Source: an uncultured delta proteobacterium
GTDB lineage: Bacteria > Myxococcota_A > Polyangia > Polyangiales > Polyangiaceae
Reading direction: 5' to 3'
NCBI GenBank assembly: GCA_963782055.1
Contig: CAWAIF010000003.1
Coordinates: forward strand, 6,656,001-6,720,000
DNA: 64,000 nucleotides
A program made the position numbers and the translations under genes. Of the stretch, positions 27,481 to 37,061 are shown in pieces (position 1 is the stretch's first letter; each line of letters begins with the position of its first letter). Below the pieces are notes generated by a model that made no database searches, was not told where the DNA came from, and was given only the letters and a program-made list of their open reading frames with translations.

Positions 27481-28058
27481 CTGGTGCTGCCGGTGGCGCC
27501 GCACCGAAGCCTCGATCGGCTTGTCCAACCGCACCCGGACCGCCGGCGATGGAGGGCAGCTGGTCGGGCCATTGATCCAGGTAGGCCGTGAGCGATGCCT
27601 CCCAGCCCGTGGCCTCGTGTTCGTTCAGGACCACCTCGAGTCCAAGGGCGTCGGTCTTCGCAGCATCGTCGGCGACCGGCCGCCTGCCCGGTCCCTCACG
27701 CGTCTTGCCGGCTTCGACGTAGGCATCGCGAAGCTTCGAGAGCTCCACCCGCGGCACGATCAAGAAGCGCCACTTCTCCCCGTGGCGCACGACCAGCATG
27801 AAGAAGAGCTCAATCGGCTGCGGTGCAGCGTAGCTGAGCCCGTGAAAGCGTGAACTTCGCCTTCACGCTGCCGCCGTTCGCCTCGCCTTCGGCAGTCTTC
27901 ACCTGCAGGCGCCAGGTCGTCTTGTCGTTGTCATCGATCACGAAGACGTCGTCGCCGACGTCGACCACGGGGACGGCGACATTCCACCCGCGGAGAAGGA
28001 GCTCCGACATCGCAAAGTACTCGCCTGCTCGTCCGAAGTGCGTCTTCTTGTCCGCCAT
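27480..28058 (-). pseudogene. PD-(D/E)XK endonuclease with a +1 frameshift near 27826; 3' end uncertain
   Basis: GRAGEYFAMSELLLRGWNVAVPVVDVGDD..RLQVK; continues in another frame as APQPIELFFMLVVRHGEKWRFLIVP. Confidence 0.72.
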
Positions 28059-28170
28059 CCCCGGCCGCATCCTCGCACGCGGGGGAGGCTGCGTGCACGA
28101 CATTGCGCGTGCGCGGTCACCGCCGGCAGCACCCGCGCTCCCTCACGCGCCCGTGCTCGCGCTCCCTCGC

Positions 28171-28359
28171 GCGCCGAGGTCCGTCCCCGTGCGGCGCACC
28201 AGCCTCCCCGATGGCGCGCGGAGCGCGACATCCGGGGGAGGGGCGCCACGCGCAGGGCTCGCGCGCAAGCCTTCGTGCGTGCCGGAGGCCTTGCATCATG
28301 CACACATCGACGGCACGCGCGAAGGCGAGCACGAGCCCGAGCATGGCGCCCGGAGGGGC
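28171..28359 (-). repeat. Right copy of the 189-bp inverted repeat
   Basis: Reverse complement aligns collinearly to 20438-20626 and abuts the ubiB-like stop codon. Confidence 0.9.
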
Positions 28360-30083
28360 TACCCCTTCGGTCTGCTCTTCAGGGCGTCGGTCAACCAGTG
28401 CACCAGCCACACGACGGCGCCCACCACGACGAACGCGCCCCCGAGCACGTCGTGGACCTTGCCGTCGAGCAGCATGGCGCCGGAGACGAACAGGCCGGCC
28501 ACCACGATGGCCGTGAAGATGCGACGGCCGATGCGATCCCCCACCTCCGGCATGAGCGGGTCGGGCGTGCGCAGCGCGAGGCGACCCAGGCGCAGGTCGT
28601 CCAGCACCTCGCGAAGCTGCAGGGGCATGTCGTAGCCCACGCGCGACAGCTGCTCCACGCCGCGCCACAGCTCGTTGCCCAGACGCTCCGGCGAGTAGCG
28701 CGCCTTGAGGAGGTCCATGAAGTAGGGCGAGGCCTCGCCGAAGACGTCCAGCTCGGGGTCGAGCTGCTTGCCGATGCCCTCGATGGTCATCAGCGCCTTG
28801 CCCACCAGCATGAAGTCGGTGGGGATCTCCAGGCCGTACTTCATCGCGCCCTGGACGAGATCGCGGATCATCGCGGAGAGATCGATGTCCTTGAGCGGCT
28901 TGCCCAGGTACTTCTCCGCCAGCATGGCGACCTCCGCGCGGTACTCGCGCATGTCCACCTTCTTCGTCGGCCGGCCGATGGCGTACAGCGCGTCGGCCAC
29001 GGCGTAGGGATCCTTGCGGGCGGCGGCGACCATGAGGTCGACGGTGCGGTCGCGCAGCTCCGGGCTGAGCCTGCCCACCATCCCCGTGTCGATCAGGCCG
29101 ACGATCGGATCGTCCTTCGGCCCGATGATGATGATGTTGCCGGGGTGAGGGTCGGCGTGGAAGAAGCCGTCCTCGAAGATCATCTTGATGACCACCGCGA
29201 CGGAGCGCTTGGCGATCTTCTTGCCGTCGGCGCCCTCCTCCACCGCCCTCGTCACCTTGGTGCCGTCGAAGAACTCCTGCGTCAGGACGTACTTGCCGGA
29301 GGCCTGCCGGTAGATCTTCGGGAAGCGGATGTGCGGGTTCGCCTCGAAGCTCTGGGCGAAGCGCTCGCAGTTGTCGGCCTCCACCGTGAAGTCCAGCTCG
29401 CTGGTGATGGAGCGGTCGAACTGCTGCACCAGCCCCACCGGCGAGTAGATCTTCGTCTCCGGCACGGTGCGCTCGAGCGCCGCGGCCATCCAGTGGAGCA
29501 GCTCCAGGTCGCGCGCGACCATCTGCCCGACAGCGGGGCGCTGCACCTTCACCACCACCTCCACCTCGCCCTCCGGCGCCTGGAGCACCGCGCGGTGGAC
29601 CTGGCCGATGGAGGCCGTCGCCAGCGGCTTCTCGTCGAAGCGGACGAAGAGCTCGGAGATGGGCGCGCCCAGGGTCTGCTCCACCTGCTGCTTGATCTCG
29701 GCGAAGGCGACGGGCGGGACCTCGTCCTGGAGCTTCTGCAGCTCGGTGATGATGTCCGCCGGGATGACGTCGGGGCGGGTGGAGACGATCTGCCCGAGCT
29801 TGATGAAGGAGGGGCCGAGCTCCTGCGCCACCATCCGGATGCGCACCGGCGTGGAGACGGTCTTCTTCTCCTTCTCGCCGGCCTGCAGCTCGCCCTCGGC
29901 GAGCTCGGGGACCGCGGGGCCTTCGCCGGAGGGCGGCGGCTCGCTCGCGCCCGGGGAGCGCTCCTTCTTCTTGCGCCCCAGGCCGGCGCGCGTCACCAGC
30001 TCGCCGAAGCCGTGGCGCACCAGGACAGCGGTGATCTCGCGCAGGCGCGCAAGGTCACGGACCGCGGTGAGGACGGAGACCAT
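28359..30083 (-). CDS. ABC1/AarF/UbiB family atypical kinase
   Basis: LGPSFIKLGQ, ATASIGQVHRA, VVVKVQRP, ELDF, FFHADPHPGN, C-terminal TMs. Confidence 0.95.
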   Translation of the reverse strand: MVSVLTAVRDLARLREITAVLVRHGFGELVTRAGLGRKKKERSPGASEPPPSGEGPAVPELAEGELQAGEKEKKTVSTPVRIRMVAQELGPSFIKLGQIVSTRPDVIPADIITELQKLQDEVPPVAFAEIKQQVEQTLGAPISELFVRFDEKPLATASIGQVHRAVLQAPEGEVEVVVKVQRPAVGQMVARDLELLHWMAAALERTVPETKIYSPVGLVQQFDRSITSELDFTVEADNCERFAQSFEANPHIRFPKIYRQASGKYVLTQEFFDGTKVTRAVEEGADGKKIAKRSVAVVIKMIFEDGFFHADPHPGNIIIIGPKDDPIVGLIDTGMVGRLSPELRDRTVDLMVAAARKDPYAVADALYAIGRPTKKVDMREYRAEVAMLAEKYLGKPLKDIDLSAMIRDLVQGAMKYGLEIPTDFMLVGKALMTIEGIGKQLDPELDVFGEASPYFMDLLKARYSPERLGNELWRGVEQLSRVGYDMPLQLREVLDDLRLGRLALRTPDPLMPEVGDRIGRRIFTAIVVAGLFVSGAMLLDGKVHDVLGGAFVVVGAVVWLVHWLTDALKSRPKG

Positions 30084-30115
30084 CGTCGTCGCTCGCCGCG
30101 GGGCTGCTCAGCAGC

Positions 30116-30652
30116 TCACGGGCAGATGTCGGTCTCGCAGCTGAAGGTCAGGCCGGCGTCGGTGCCGCTTCCCTTGCACACGCACACGTCGGTCTTGGTG
30201 CCGCTGACGCACTTGACGCCGGTGTAGAAGCACTGCTGCCCCGAGTTCTTGCAGGGGAGGTCCTTCGCCGTCTTCTCGTCGGTGGGGCAGGCGTCGGGGG
30301 TGACGACCGCCGACTTGCAGTACGGCGTGAAGTCGGTGGTGTCCGGCGCCATCACGTTGGGGCTGCCCTGCGGGTCTGCCGAGTTGTTGCACTCGTACAC
30401 GCCGCCGTGGCAGTAGCAGTTGGCCTGCTCGGGGACGATGCCGCACTTGAAGCTGATCGCGCAGAGGTAGCCCTCGGTCGAGCACTTGCCCGTGTCCCCC
30501 GAGGACAGCGCGGCGACGAGGGTGGCCGGGCACGTGACGCCCGCGTCCGGCGCGGGGGGCGTGCCGGGGCTGTCCGAGCTGCAGGCCGCCAGCACGATGG
30601 TGCCGGTGAGGGTGGCGAGTCCAACGAGTGCAGCGCGGGAGAACGAAAGCAT
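30116..30652 (-). CDS. Cys-rich lipoprotein
   Basis: Lipobox LAAC, two Cys-rich modules. Confidence 0.7.
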   Translation of the reverse strand: MLSFSRAALVGLATLTGTIVLAACSSDSPGTPPAPDAGVTCPATLVAALSSGDTGKCSTEGYLCAISFKCGIVPEQANCYCHGGVYECNNSADPQGSPNVMAPDTTDFTPYCKSAVVTPDACPTDEKTAKDLPCKNSGQQCFYTGVKCVSGTKTDVCVCKGSGTDAGLTFSCETDICP

Positions 30653-30823
30653 CGGCGTGTTTCCTTTGGCGTCGACTTGGGAAAGCTTGCGTGACGGGCC
30701 TGTTTAGCGCCTCGCCGCCAAAATCTCAACGCCTTCGATCGCAGCCGTTGCGCGCCTGGGCGTCATGACGCACTGCGCCCAGCAGCGGGGTCCAGGTTGC
30801 CGAAATGACGGAAGGATCCGCCG

Positions 30824-32128
30824 TCACCGGACGCGCGCCGAGGGGCCGCGGACCCGCACCACGGTGCCCGGCTCGCCGGGATAAGGCAGGACGGCGCTCC
30901 ACCCCGCCGGCAGGTGAGGTGCGGTGAAGCCGAAGAGCCAGCTCGCGTCGGCGGGGGCGAGGTTGACGCAGCCGTGGCTCTTCTTGCGACCGAAGGCGTC
31001 GTGCCAGAAGACGCCGTGCAGGGCGATGTCCTTGTCGAAGAACTGCACGTACGGCACGTCCTCGAGCGAGTAGCGATGGTCGGGGTCGTCCTCGTCCGTG
31101 GTGTCGGCGTCGGAGCTGGAGCCCAGGTTGTCCATCGTGCTGGCGGTGAGCTTGACCCAGATGCGGAAGACGCCCGGGCGCGTCGCGCTGGCCGTGCCGG
31201 GGGCGCCTCGGCCCGTCGAGACGAGGGTGGCGTAGACGGGGGTCTTGCCCTCGTAGGCCACGAGCGTCTGACGCGCGATGTCCACGTCCACCCACCGCTC
31301 GTGCGGGCCGGTCACCTCCGCGGGCGGCGCGGTGAGCTCGGGGTGCGCCAGATCGCGCGCCGCCATCCACAGTGTGGGCGTCACGCCGTCGTCGGAGATG
31401 CGCACCATGACGCCGCCGCGTGTCGCGCGCTCCTCCCGCCAGGGCACCACCTCGCGACGCACCTTGGAGTCCTGCGGCTTGCTGCGGTTCATCGACGCCC
31501 AGACGCGGGCGCGCTCCGGGATGACCCACGCGAAGTCCAGGTCGCCTCGCTGCTCGCCGCGGAAGGCGGACGGGCGCGCGGCGCCCAGCTCGCGCAGCGC
31601 GACCCACGGGCCGTGGTGCGTGTGCCCCCACACCTCGCCGAAGGCGGCGCGCTCCTGATCGACCGCGACGGCGAAGCCGGGGTCGAGCTGCTCGTCCGGC
31701 GCGTCGTCCTGCGCGCGGGCGAGGTCCAAGAAACCGTCCGCGCCGTTCTTGCCCACGAAGAAATAGCGGTAGGGGAGCGTGCCGGCGGGCACGCCGGACG
31801 ACGCGGGCATCGGCTCCTCCGGGCTCAGGTCCGCCGCCGCGCCGCAGACCCAGGCCGACGGGCCGACCTCCAGCCAGCGTCCGGCGCACGAAGGCCCGCG
31901 CCGCGCGGCGAAGAGCGGCAGGCGGACGCCGCGCAGGGTGGTCCCGCGCTTGGCGTCCGGCTTGCCGGGCGCGGCGACGATGGGCGTCTCGCCGTGCTTC
32001 GGGACGACGGAGCGAGCCCACGTCGGCAGGGGTACGTCGCGCGCCGAGGCCCACGGGGGCGCGTCCCCCGCGCGCGCCACCCCGGCGAGCAACAGCGCCG
32101 AGAGCACCGCGGCGCGGCGGGCGATCAC
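30824..32128 (-). CDS. L,D-transpeptidase (YkuD family)
   Basis: VDIARQTLVAYEG, VSTG, ALHGVFWH, SHGCVNL; GTG start overlaps the upstream stop. Confidence 0.9.
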   Translation of the reverse strand: MIARRAAVLSALLLAGVARAGDAPPWASARDVPLPTWARSVVPKHGETPIVAAPGKPDAKRGTTLRGVRLPLFAARRGPSCAGRWLEVGPSAWVCGAAADLSPEEPMPASSGVPAGTLPYRYFFVGKNGADGFLDLARAQDDAPDEQLDPGFAVAVDQERAAFGEVWGHTHHGPWVALRELGAARPSAFRGEQRGDLDFAWVIPERARVWASMNRSKPQDSKVRREVVPWREERATRGGVMVRISDDGVTPTLWMAARDLAHPELTAPPAEVTGPHERWVDVDIARQTLVAYEGKTPVYATLVSTGRGAPGTASATRPGVFRIWVKLTASTMDNLGSSSDADTTDEDDPDHRYSLEDVPYVQFFDKDIALHGVFWHDAFGRKKSHGCVNLAPADASWLFGFTAPHLPAGWSAVLPYPGEPGTVVRVRGPSARVR

Positions 32129-34002
32129 GGCGACCGCTGCGGCAGGCGGACCTCGAAGATCGCACCGCGCTTGGTGGAGCGCACGCTGACCGTGCCGCCG
32201 TGCTCGTCGGCGATCTTCTTGACGATCGCCAGCCCGAGGCCGGTGCCGCCCGTCTTGCCGCTCGTCACGAAGGACTGGAAGAGGCGGTGCTCGATGTCCT
32301 TGGGGATGCCCGGGCCGGTGTCGGAGAAGGTCAGGAGCAGCTCCTCCTCCGGGTCGCCCTTGTGGACGCGCGCCACCTTGATGGTGAGCTTGCCGCCCCT
32401 GTCCGCCATCGCCTCCTGCGCGTTGCGCGCCAGGTTGTGGATCAGGCGAAGGATCTTGCCCTCGTCGAAGCGGGCCGTGCCGCGGTCCTGCACGTCGATG
32501 ACCAGCTCGATGTTGTAGCGCTGCATCTCGCGGGTGAGCTGCTGGCGCACGTCCTCCATGAACTTCTGGAGGTAGACCTTGCGGACGAAGACGCTGCGCT
32601 CCCCGCGCGCGAACTCCAGCACCTCGCGCTGCATCGCGCTGATGTGATCGAACTGCTTGAGCACCGACTCGGCGTACTCGTCGCGCTTGTCGCGCTTGTC
32701 CGCCGCCTGCATGAGCTGCACGTAACCGCTGATGACGGTGAGGGGCGTCTTCAGGTCGTGGATGACGGCGGAGAGGAGCCGGCCGATGGTGGAGAGGCGG
32801 TCCTCGATCTCGCGCTGCTCCCGCGCCATCTGCAGGCGGATGGCGGTGGAGGCGTTGGCGGCGATGAGGAGCAAGAGGGAGCGGTCCTCCTCGCTGAAGC
32901 CATCCCCGTGGCGCTTGTTGTACAGGGCGATGGCGCCCATCGCGCCCTGGTCCTCGCCCTCCAGCGGCACCGCCAGCGCGGTCTGCGAGGTGAAGCCCAC
33001 CAGCGCGTCCAGGTCGGGGTCGGTGCGGCCGTCCGCCGGCGCGTCGGCGGAGACGAGCACCTCGTTGCGCCACATGGAGTAGCCGATGAGACCCTGGCCG
33101 TCGCGCAGGGGGAAGCGGCGCAGACGCTTGTGCTTGTCGTCCACCAGGTACAGCGAGGTGGCGCCCGTCTCCGGCTCGCGCAGGGCGACGGCGGCGGCGC
33201 GCGACTCGCACGAACGCATCGCCTCGCCGAGGACGGCGATGAAGAGCTCCTCCAGCGAGTGGGCGCGCGCCATGGCGCTCTCCAGCGAGAAGAGCAGGTT
33301 GAGATCGCGGACGCGGTGCTCGAGCTGCTCCTTCGTCTCGACGAGCTGCATGTTCTTCTGGATCGTCGAGAGGAACAGGCGCGAGTTGTCGATGGACACC
33401 GCGGCCTGCGTGACGAGCGACGCGAGCAGACCCTCGTCGTCCTCGGTGAAGGCGCCGTCCTTCTTGTTGAGCACCTGGATGACGCCGATGGTCCGACCCA
33501 GGTGGTTCTTCAGCGGCGCGGCGAGGATGCTCTCGGTGTGGTAGCCGGACAACGTGTCCCACTCCGGGGAGAAGCGGGGGTCCTCCCGCGCGCACGGGAC
33601 GACCAGCAGCTTCCCGGTGCGCGCCACGTGCCCGGCGATGCCGTGCCCCAGCTTCAGACGGATGGAGCGCACCTCGTCCCCCTGGATGATGCGCGAGACC
33701 AGCTCGTCGTTGGCCTCGTCGAGCAGGTAGAGGGTGGCGCGATCGGCCTCGAGGGCGTCGGTGATGCGGTCCAGGATCAGCTCCAGGACCTGATCCAGGT
33801 CCAGCGTGGTGCCCAGCGCGAGGCCCACGTCGCGCAGCGCTGAGGAGACCCTCTTCTCGCGGGCCAGCGCCGTCTCCAGCTCGGCGATCCGGCCGTCGCG
33901 CGGGTCGAGCCGGGTGAGCCCTCGCCCTGCCCCCGACGCCGGTGCCGGGGGCGCGGGCCGCGACGAGCGTCGCGGCGGGGGCGAGTCGGGGTTGTGCGCC
34001 AC
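32125..34002 (-). CDS. Cytoplasmic GAF-GAF histidine kinase
   Basis: GAF motifs (GIAGHVA, NKKDGAFTEDD), HDLKTPL, NLARNA, DTGPG, GTGLGL. Confidence 0.92.
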   Translation of the reverse strand: MAHNPDSPPPRRSSRPAPPAPASGAGRGLTRLDPRDGRIAELETALAREKRVSSALRDVGLALGTTLDLDQVLELILDRITDALEADRATLYLLDEANDELVSRIIQGDEVRSIRLKLGHGIAGHVARTGKLLVVPCAREDPRFSPEWDTLSGYHTESILAAPLKNHLGRTIGVIQVLNKKDGAFTEDDEGLLASLVTQAAVSIDNSRLFLSTIQKNMQLVETKEQLEHRVRDLNLLFSLESAMARAHSLEELFIAVLGEAMRSCESRAAAVALREPETGATSLYLVDDKHKRLRRFPLRDGQGLIGYSMWRNEVLVSADAPADGRTDPDLDALVGFTSQTALAVPLEGEDQGAMGAIALYNKRHGDGFSEEDRSLLLLIAANASTAIRLQMAREQREIEDRLSTIGRLLSAVIHDLKTPLTVISGYVQLMQAADKRDKRDEYAESVLKQFDHISAMQREVLEFARGERSVFVRKVYLQKFMEDVRQQLTREMQRYNIELVIDVQDRGTARFDEGKILRLIHNLARNAQEAMADRGGKLTIKVARVHKGDPEEELLLTFSDTGPGIPKDIEHRLFQSFVTSGKTGGTGLGLAIVKKIADEHGGTVSVRSTKRGAIFEVRLPQRSP

Positions 34003-34116
34003 GAGCCCATCTTATCGGCATTCGGCCCTGCGTGGGAGCCGCGCCCACTGGCCCTGACGGCCATTTCCGGCTATCGGACGGACCGTCGCCCTCTCGACGG
34101 CCTCGCCCCGGCTTTC

Positions 34117-34836
34117 ATGCACCCCACCCTCATCGTCACGCCCACCTACAACGAGCGCGACAACCTCCCTCGCTTCGTGGCCGCTGTGCGCGGCGCGGCG
34201 CCGGAGGCGCACGTGATGATCGTCGACGACGCCTCGCCCGACGGCACGGGGGAGATCGCCGACGCGCTGGCGAAGCAGGACGACCACGTCCACGTCATGC
34301 ACCGCGCCGGCAAGCTGGGCCTCGGGACCGCGTACGTCGAGGCGTTCCAGTGGGGGATGGGGCACGGCTACGAGCGCTTCTTCGAGATGGACGCCGACCT
34401 CTCCCACGACGTCCGCTACCTGCCCGACTTCTTCCACGCGCTGGACGAGGGCGCGGACGTGGTCATCGGCTCGCGCAACATCCCCGGTGGCGGCGTGGAG
34501 GGCTGGGGCCTCGGGCGGTACGTCATCTCCAAGGGCGGGTCGCTCTACTCGCGGACCATCCTGGGGCTGCGCGTGCGGGACCTGACGAGCGGGTACAAGG
34601 CCTTCACCCGGCGCGCGCTGGAGACGATCGACCTGGGGAGCGTGCGCAGCAACGGCTACTCCTTCCAGATCGAGACGACGTACCGCGCGGCGGTGCGTGG
34701 GATGAAGATCACCGAGGTGCCCATCGTGTTCGTGGACCGGCGGGCCGGGCAGTCGAAGATGAGCCGGAAGATCTTCCTGGAGGCCGTGGGGGTCGTGTGG
34801 AAGCTGCGGGCGGACGCGATGCGGGGGAGGATCTAG
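34117..34836 (+). CDS. Polyprenol-monophosphomannose synthase-like GT2 glycosyltransferase
   Basis: PTYNERDN, VDDASPDGT, KLGLGTAY, MDADLSH, DLTSG, GYSFQIE. Confidence 0.93.
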   Translation: MHPTLIVTPTYNERDNLPRFVAAVRGAAPEAHVMIVDDASPDGTGEIADALAKQDDHVHVMHRAGKLGLGTAYVEAFQWGMGHGYERFFEMDADLSHDVRYLPDFFHALDEGADVVIGSRNIPGGGVEGWGLGRYVISKGGSLYSRTILGLRVRDLTSGYKAFTRRALETIDLGSVRSNGYSFQIETTYRAAVRGMKITEVPIVFVDRRAGQSKMSRKIFLEAVGVVWKLRADAMRGRI

Positions 34837-34843
34837 GCGGGAC

Positions 34844-35503
34844 TCACAGCGGCGTGATCGACAGGTTGTCGAACCGGCATTCGCTCTCCCAGCCGTCGAA
34901 CGCGAAGTGATCGTGGCCGGCGCCGGCGAGCGGCGCGGGGTCGTCCCAGGACAGGAACGGCTTGCCGTCGATGCGCCAGTCGAGGTGGCTGCCCCGGCGC
35001 GTGATGGTCCAGTGGTAGGTGCGACCGGGCTCCACGCGCGGCGAGGTGCGCAGCGGCACCGTGGGGTCGTGCTGCCAGGTGTGCTCGTTCTCGCGGACGA
35101 GCACCGATCGCGAGTTCCTCCAGCCGCCGAAGATGAAGACGTAGCCGGTCGCCGTGTAGATCAGGTCCTTTCGCACGGCCTCGTCCGACTCGAAGCTCTT
35201 GCCGTCGCCGAAGAGCTCCACCTTCACGTCGCCATCGGAGCTCTTCGGCGTGACGTCGAACTCCACCTTCACGTCGTGGGGGAGCACGCGCCGGAGCCAC
35301 AGGGCGTGGTTGTGCGCGTGGTCGAACACCAGCTCGCCGTCCTCGATCCGGTACGGTCCGCCGGAGTTGAAGTAGTCCGACCCGACGTCGGCGCGGGCGA
35401 AGTCGTCGGTGAAGCCCTTGCCGAGCGGCGGGTCGTGGTGGGTGCACGCCGGCAGCGCGATCAGCAAGGCCAGCAGCGGCGCCTTCCACACCGGGGCTTC
35501 CAT
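34844..35503 (-). CDS. Hypothetical lipoprotein, beta-sandwich (ConA/LamG-like)
   Basis: Lipobox LPAC; beta-rich, ends FDNLSITPL. Confidence 0.65.
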   Translation of the reverse strand: MEAPVWKAPLLALLIALPACTHHDPPLGKGFTDDFARADVGSDYFNSGGPYRIEDGELVFDHAHNHALWLRRVLPHDVKVEFDVTPKSSDGDVKVELFGDGKSFESDEAVRKDLIYTATGYVFIFGGWRNSRSVLVRENEHTWQHDPTVPLRTSPRVEPGRTYHWTITRRGSHLDWRIDGKPFLSWDDPAPLAGAGHDHFAFDGWESECRFDNLSITPL

Positions 35504-35706
35504 GGCCGCTACTCTGCGACCGTTCGCGCGCACGCGCGAGCGCTTCTTGCGCCGGTGCGACGTGCGCGGAGCGGGGCGCTGTGCCCTGCAGCGTGGATGG
35601 AGGCCTCGATGACCCCGGCGCTCGCAGCGCGCCGGCCTTCACGAACCTTCCTCCGCGTGCGGCAAACCGTCCTATCCTCGATCGTCGCGATGACCGCCTT
35701 GACGCC

Positions 35707-37014
35707 ATGAAGATCTCCGGTCCGCGCGTCCTCCCACCTCTGGCGGCCGCGCTCGTGTGCGCCCTCCCGGCGACCGCGCGGGCCGGCAACGACGACGGCG
35801 TGCTGCTCGGCAACCAGGCGGCGATGACCGGCGGCGCCGTCACCGCCGACGTCTCCGACGGCAGCGCGCTCGTCTACAACCCTGCGGGCCTCGCGCGGAT
35901 CACGACCGACCGTGCCGACATCACGGCGCAGGCGCTCGGCGTGCGCATCACCCTCGTCCCGAGCTTCATCACCACGCCGGACGCCGGGCCGAAGGGCGAG
36001 TCGACGGTGGAGATCCTCACCATCCCGAGCGGCATCTCCTACGCGCGCCCGCTCGGCAAGAAGGTCCACGTCGGCTTCGGCGTCTTCTCGCCGAGCGCCA
36101 GCGACTCGGTGCTGCGGAGCTCGACCGACACGGCCCGCCCCGGCGGCTCGGGCACGCTGCAGCTCGCCGTGGCCGAGACGGACTCCACCTACGACTTCAC
36201 CGGCGGCGTCGGCTGGGAGGTGACGCCCTCGCTGCGCGTCGGGGCCTCCCTCGCCGTCGGCTACGACTCGACCTTCGCGACCACCCAGGTCCTGCTGCGC
36301 ACGACGACGGCCGACGACGACGTGGTCGAGTCCTTCTCCACGACCGACAGCTACAAATTCTTCTCGCTGCAGCTCCGGGCAGGGCTCCAGTGGGACGCGA
36401 CGAGGCGCCTGTCGGTCGGGGTCAGCGTGCAGAGTCCGGGCGTCGCCGTCGCGGGCTACGCGCACGAGACGACCAGCAGCGTCGTCGCCTCGGCGAGCCA
36501 GCCACCGGAGTTCGGCGCCGACGACACCGACCAGTTCGACGCGCTGTTCGAGATGTCTCGCCCCTTTCGGCTGCGCGGCGGGCTCGCCTACCGGTTGGAC
36601 CGCGGACACTTCGCGGTGGAGGGCGACGGGATCGCGCCGGTGAGCTCGACGGCGCTCGGCGTGGACCGTGGCCCGACGTGGAACCTCCGCGTGGGCGGGA
36701 CCTACGACGCGACGCGCGACGTGCACCTCGGGCTGGGGCTGTTCACCGATCGCAGCGGCGAGCGCCAGGACCCCATCCACTACTACGGGGTCACGCTGGG
36801 CCTCGGTCTGGACACGCACCTCGACCTCGCGAAGACCGAGCACGCCCACGAGATCAAGTTCGCCTCCTTCTTCGCGCTACGCTACGCCGTGGGCCTCGGC
36901 TCGGTCGGCGGCCTGGTCTTCGACCCTGCCTCGCCCGACGTCTTCCGGACGGTGCAGAGCGACATCGTGGTCCACGAGATCTTCCTGCACCTGGGCTCCT
37001 CGATCGATCTCTAA
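35707..37014 (+). CDS. FadL/OmpP1-like outer-membrane beta-barrel
   Basis: Signal peptide, AAMTGGA..D..ALVYNPAGL signature, amphipathic strands. Confidence 0.75.
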   Translation: MKISGPRVLPPLAAALVCALPATARAGNDDGVLLGNQAAMTGGAVTADVSDGSALVYNPAGLARITTDRADITAQALGVRITLVPSFITTPDAGPKGESTVEILTIPSGISYARPLGKKVHVGFGVFSPSASDSVLRSSTDTARPGGSGTLQLAVAETDSTYDFTGGVGWEVTPSLRVGASLAVGYDSTFATTQVLLRTTTADDDVVESFSTTDSYKFFSLQLRAGLQWDATRRLSVGVSVQSPGVAVAGYAHETTSSVVASASQPPEFGADDTDQFDALFEMSRPFRLRGGLAYRLDRGHFAVEGDGIAPVSSTALGVDRGPTWNLRVGGTYDATRDVHLGLGLFTDRSGERQDPIHYYGVTLGLGLDTHLDLAKTEHAHEIKFASFFALRYAVGLGSVGGLVFDPASPDVFRTVQSDIVVHEIFLHLGSSIDL

Positions 37015-37061
37015 CTTTGGAGTCGCCGCGGCACCCCGACGCCGTAGACTGCGCGGACCGG

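Larger units (their letters stand above)
20438..28359. mobile_element. Accessory island bounded by 189-bp imperfect inverted repeats; no recognisable transposase or integrase
   Basis: Terminal inverted repeats, visibly more A/T-ending codons than the flanks, toxin/nuclease/signalling cargo and several broken genes, between the convergent LysM and ubiB-like genes. Confidence 0.65.

Noticed and set aside
20438..28359. Integron cassette array, prophage or classical IS/transposon
   Set aside because: No integrase, transposase or phage structural genes; palindromes lack attC RYYYAAC/GTTRRRY ends; genes lie in both orientations; no target-site duplication recognised
30824..34048. 1074-aa ORF as a single protein (likewise 38272-41745, 48333-51404, 35757-38261)
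   Set aside because: Only the 3' portions are protein-like; the upstream parts are off-frame read-through of neighbouring genes, so starts were reassigned
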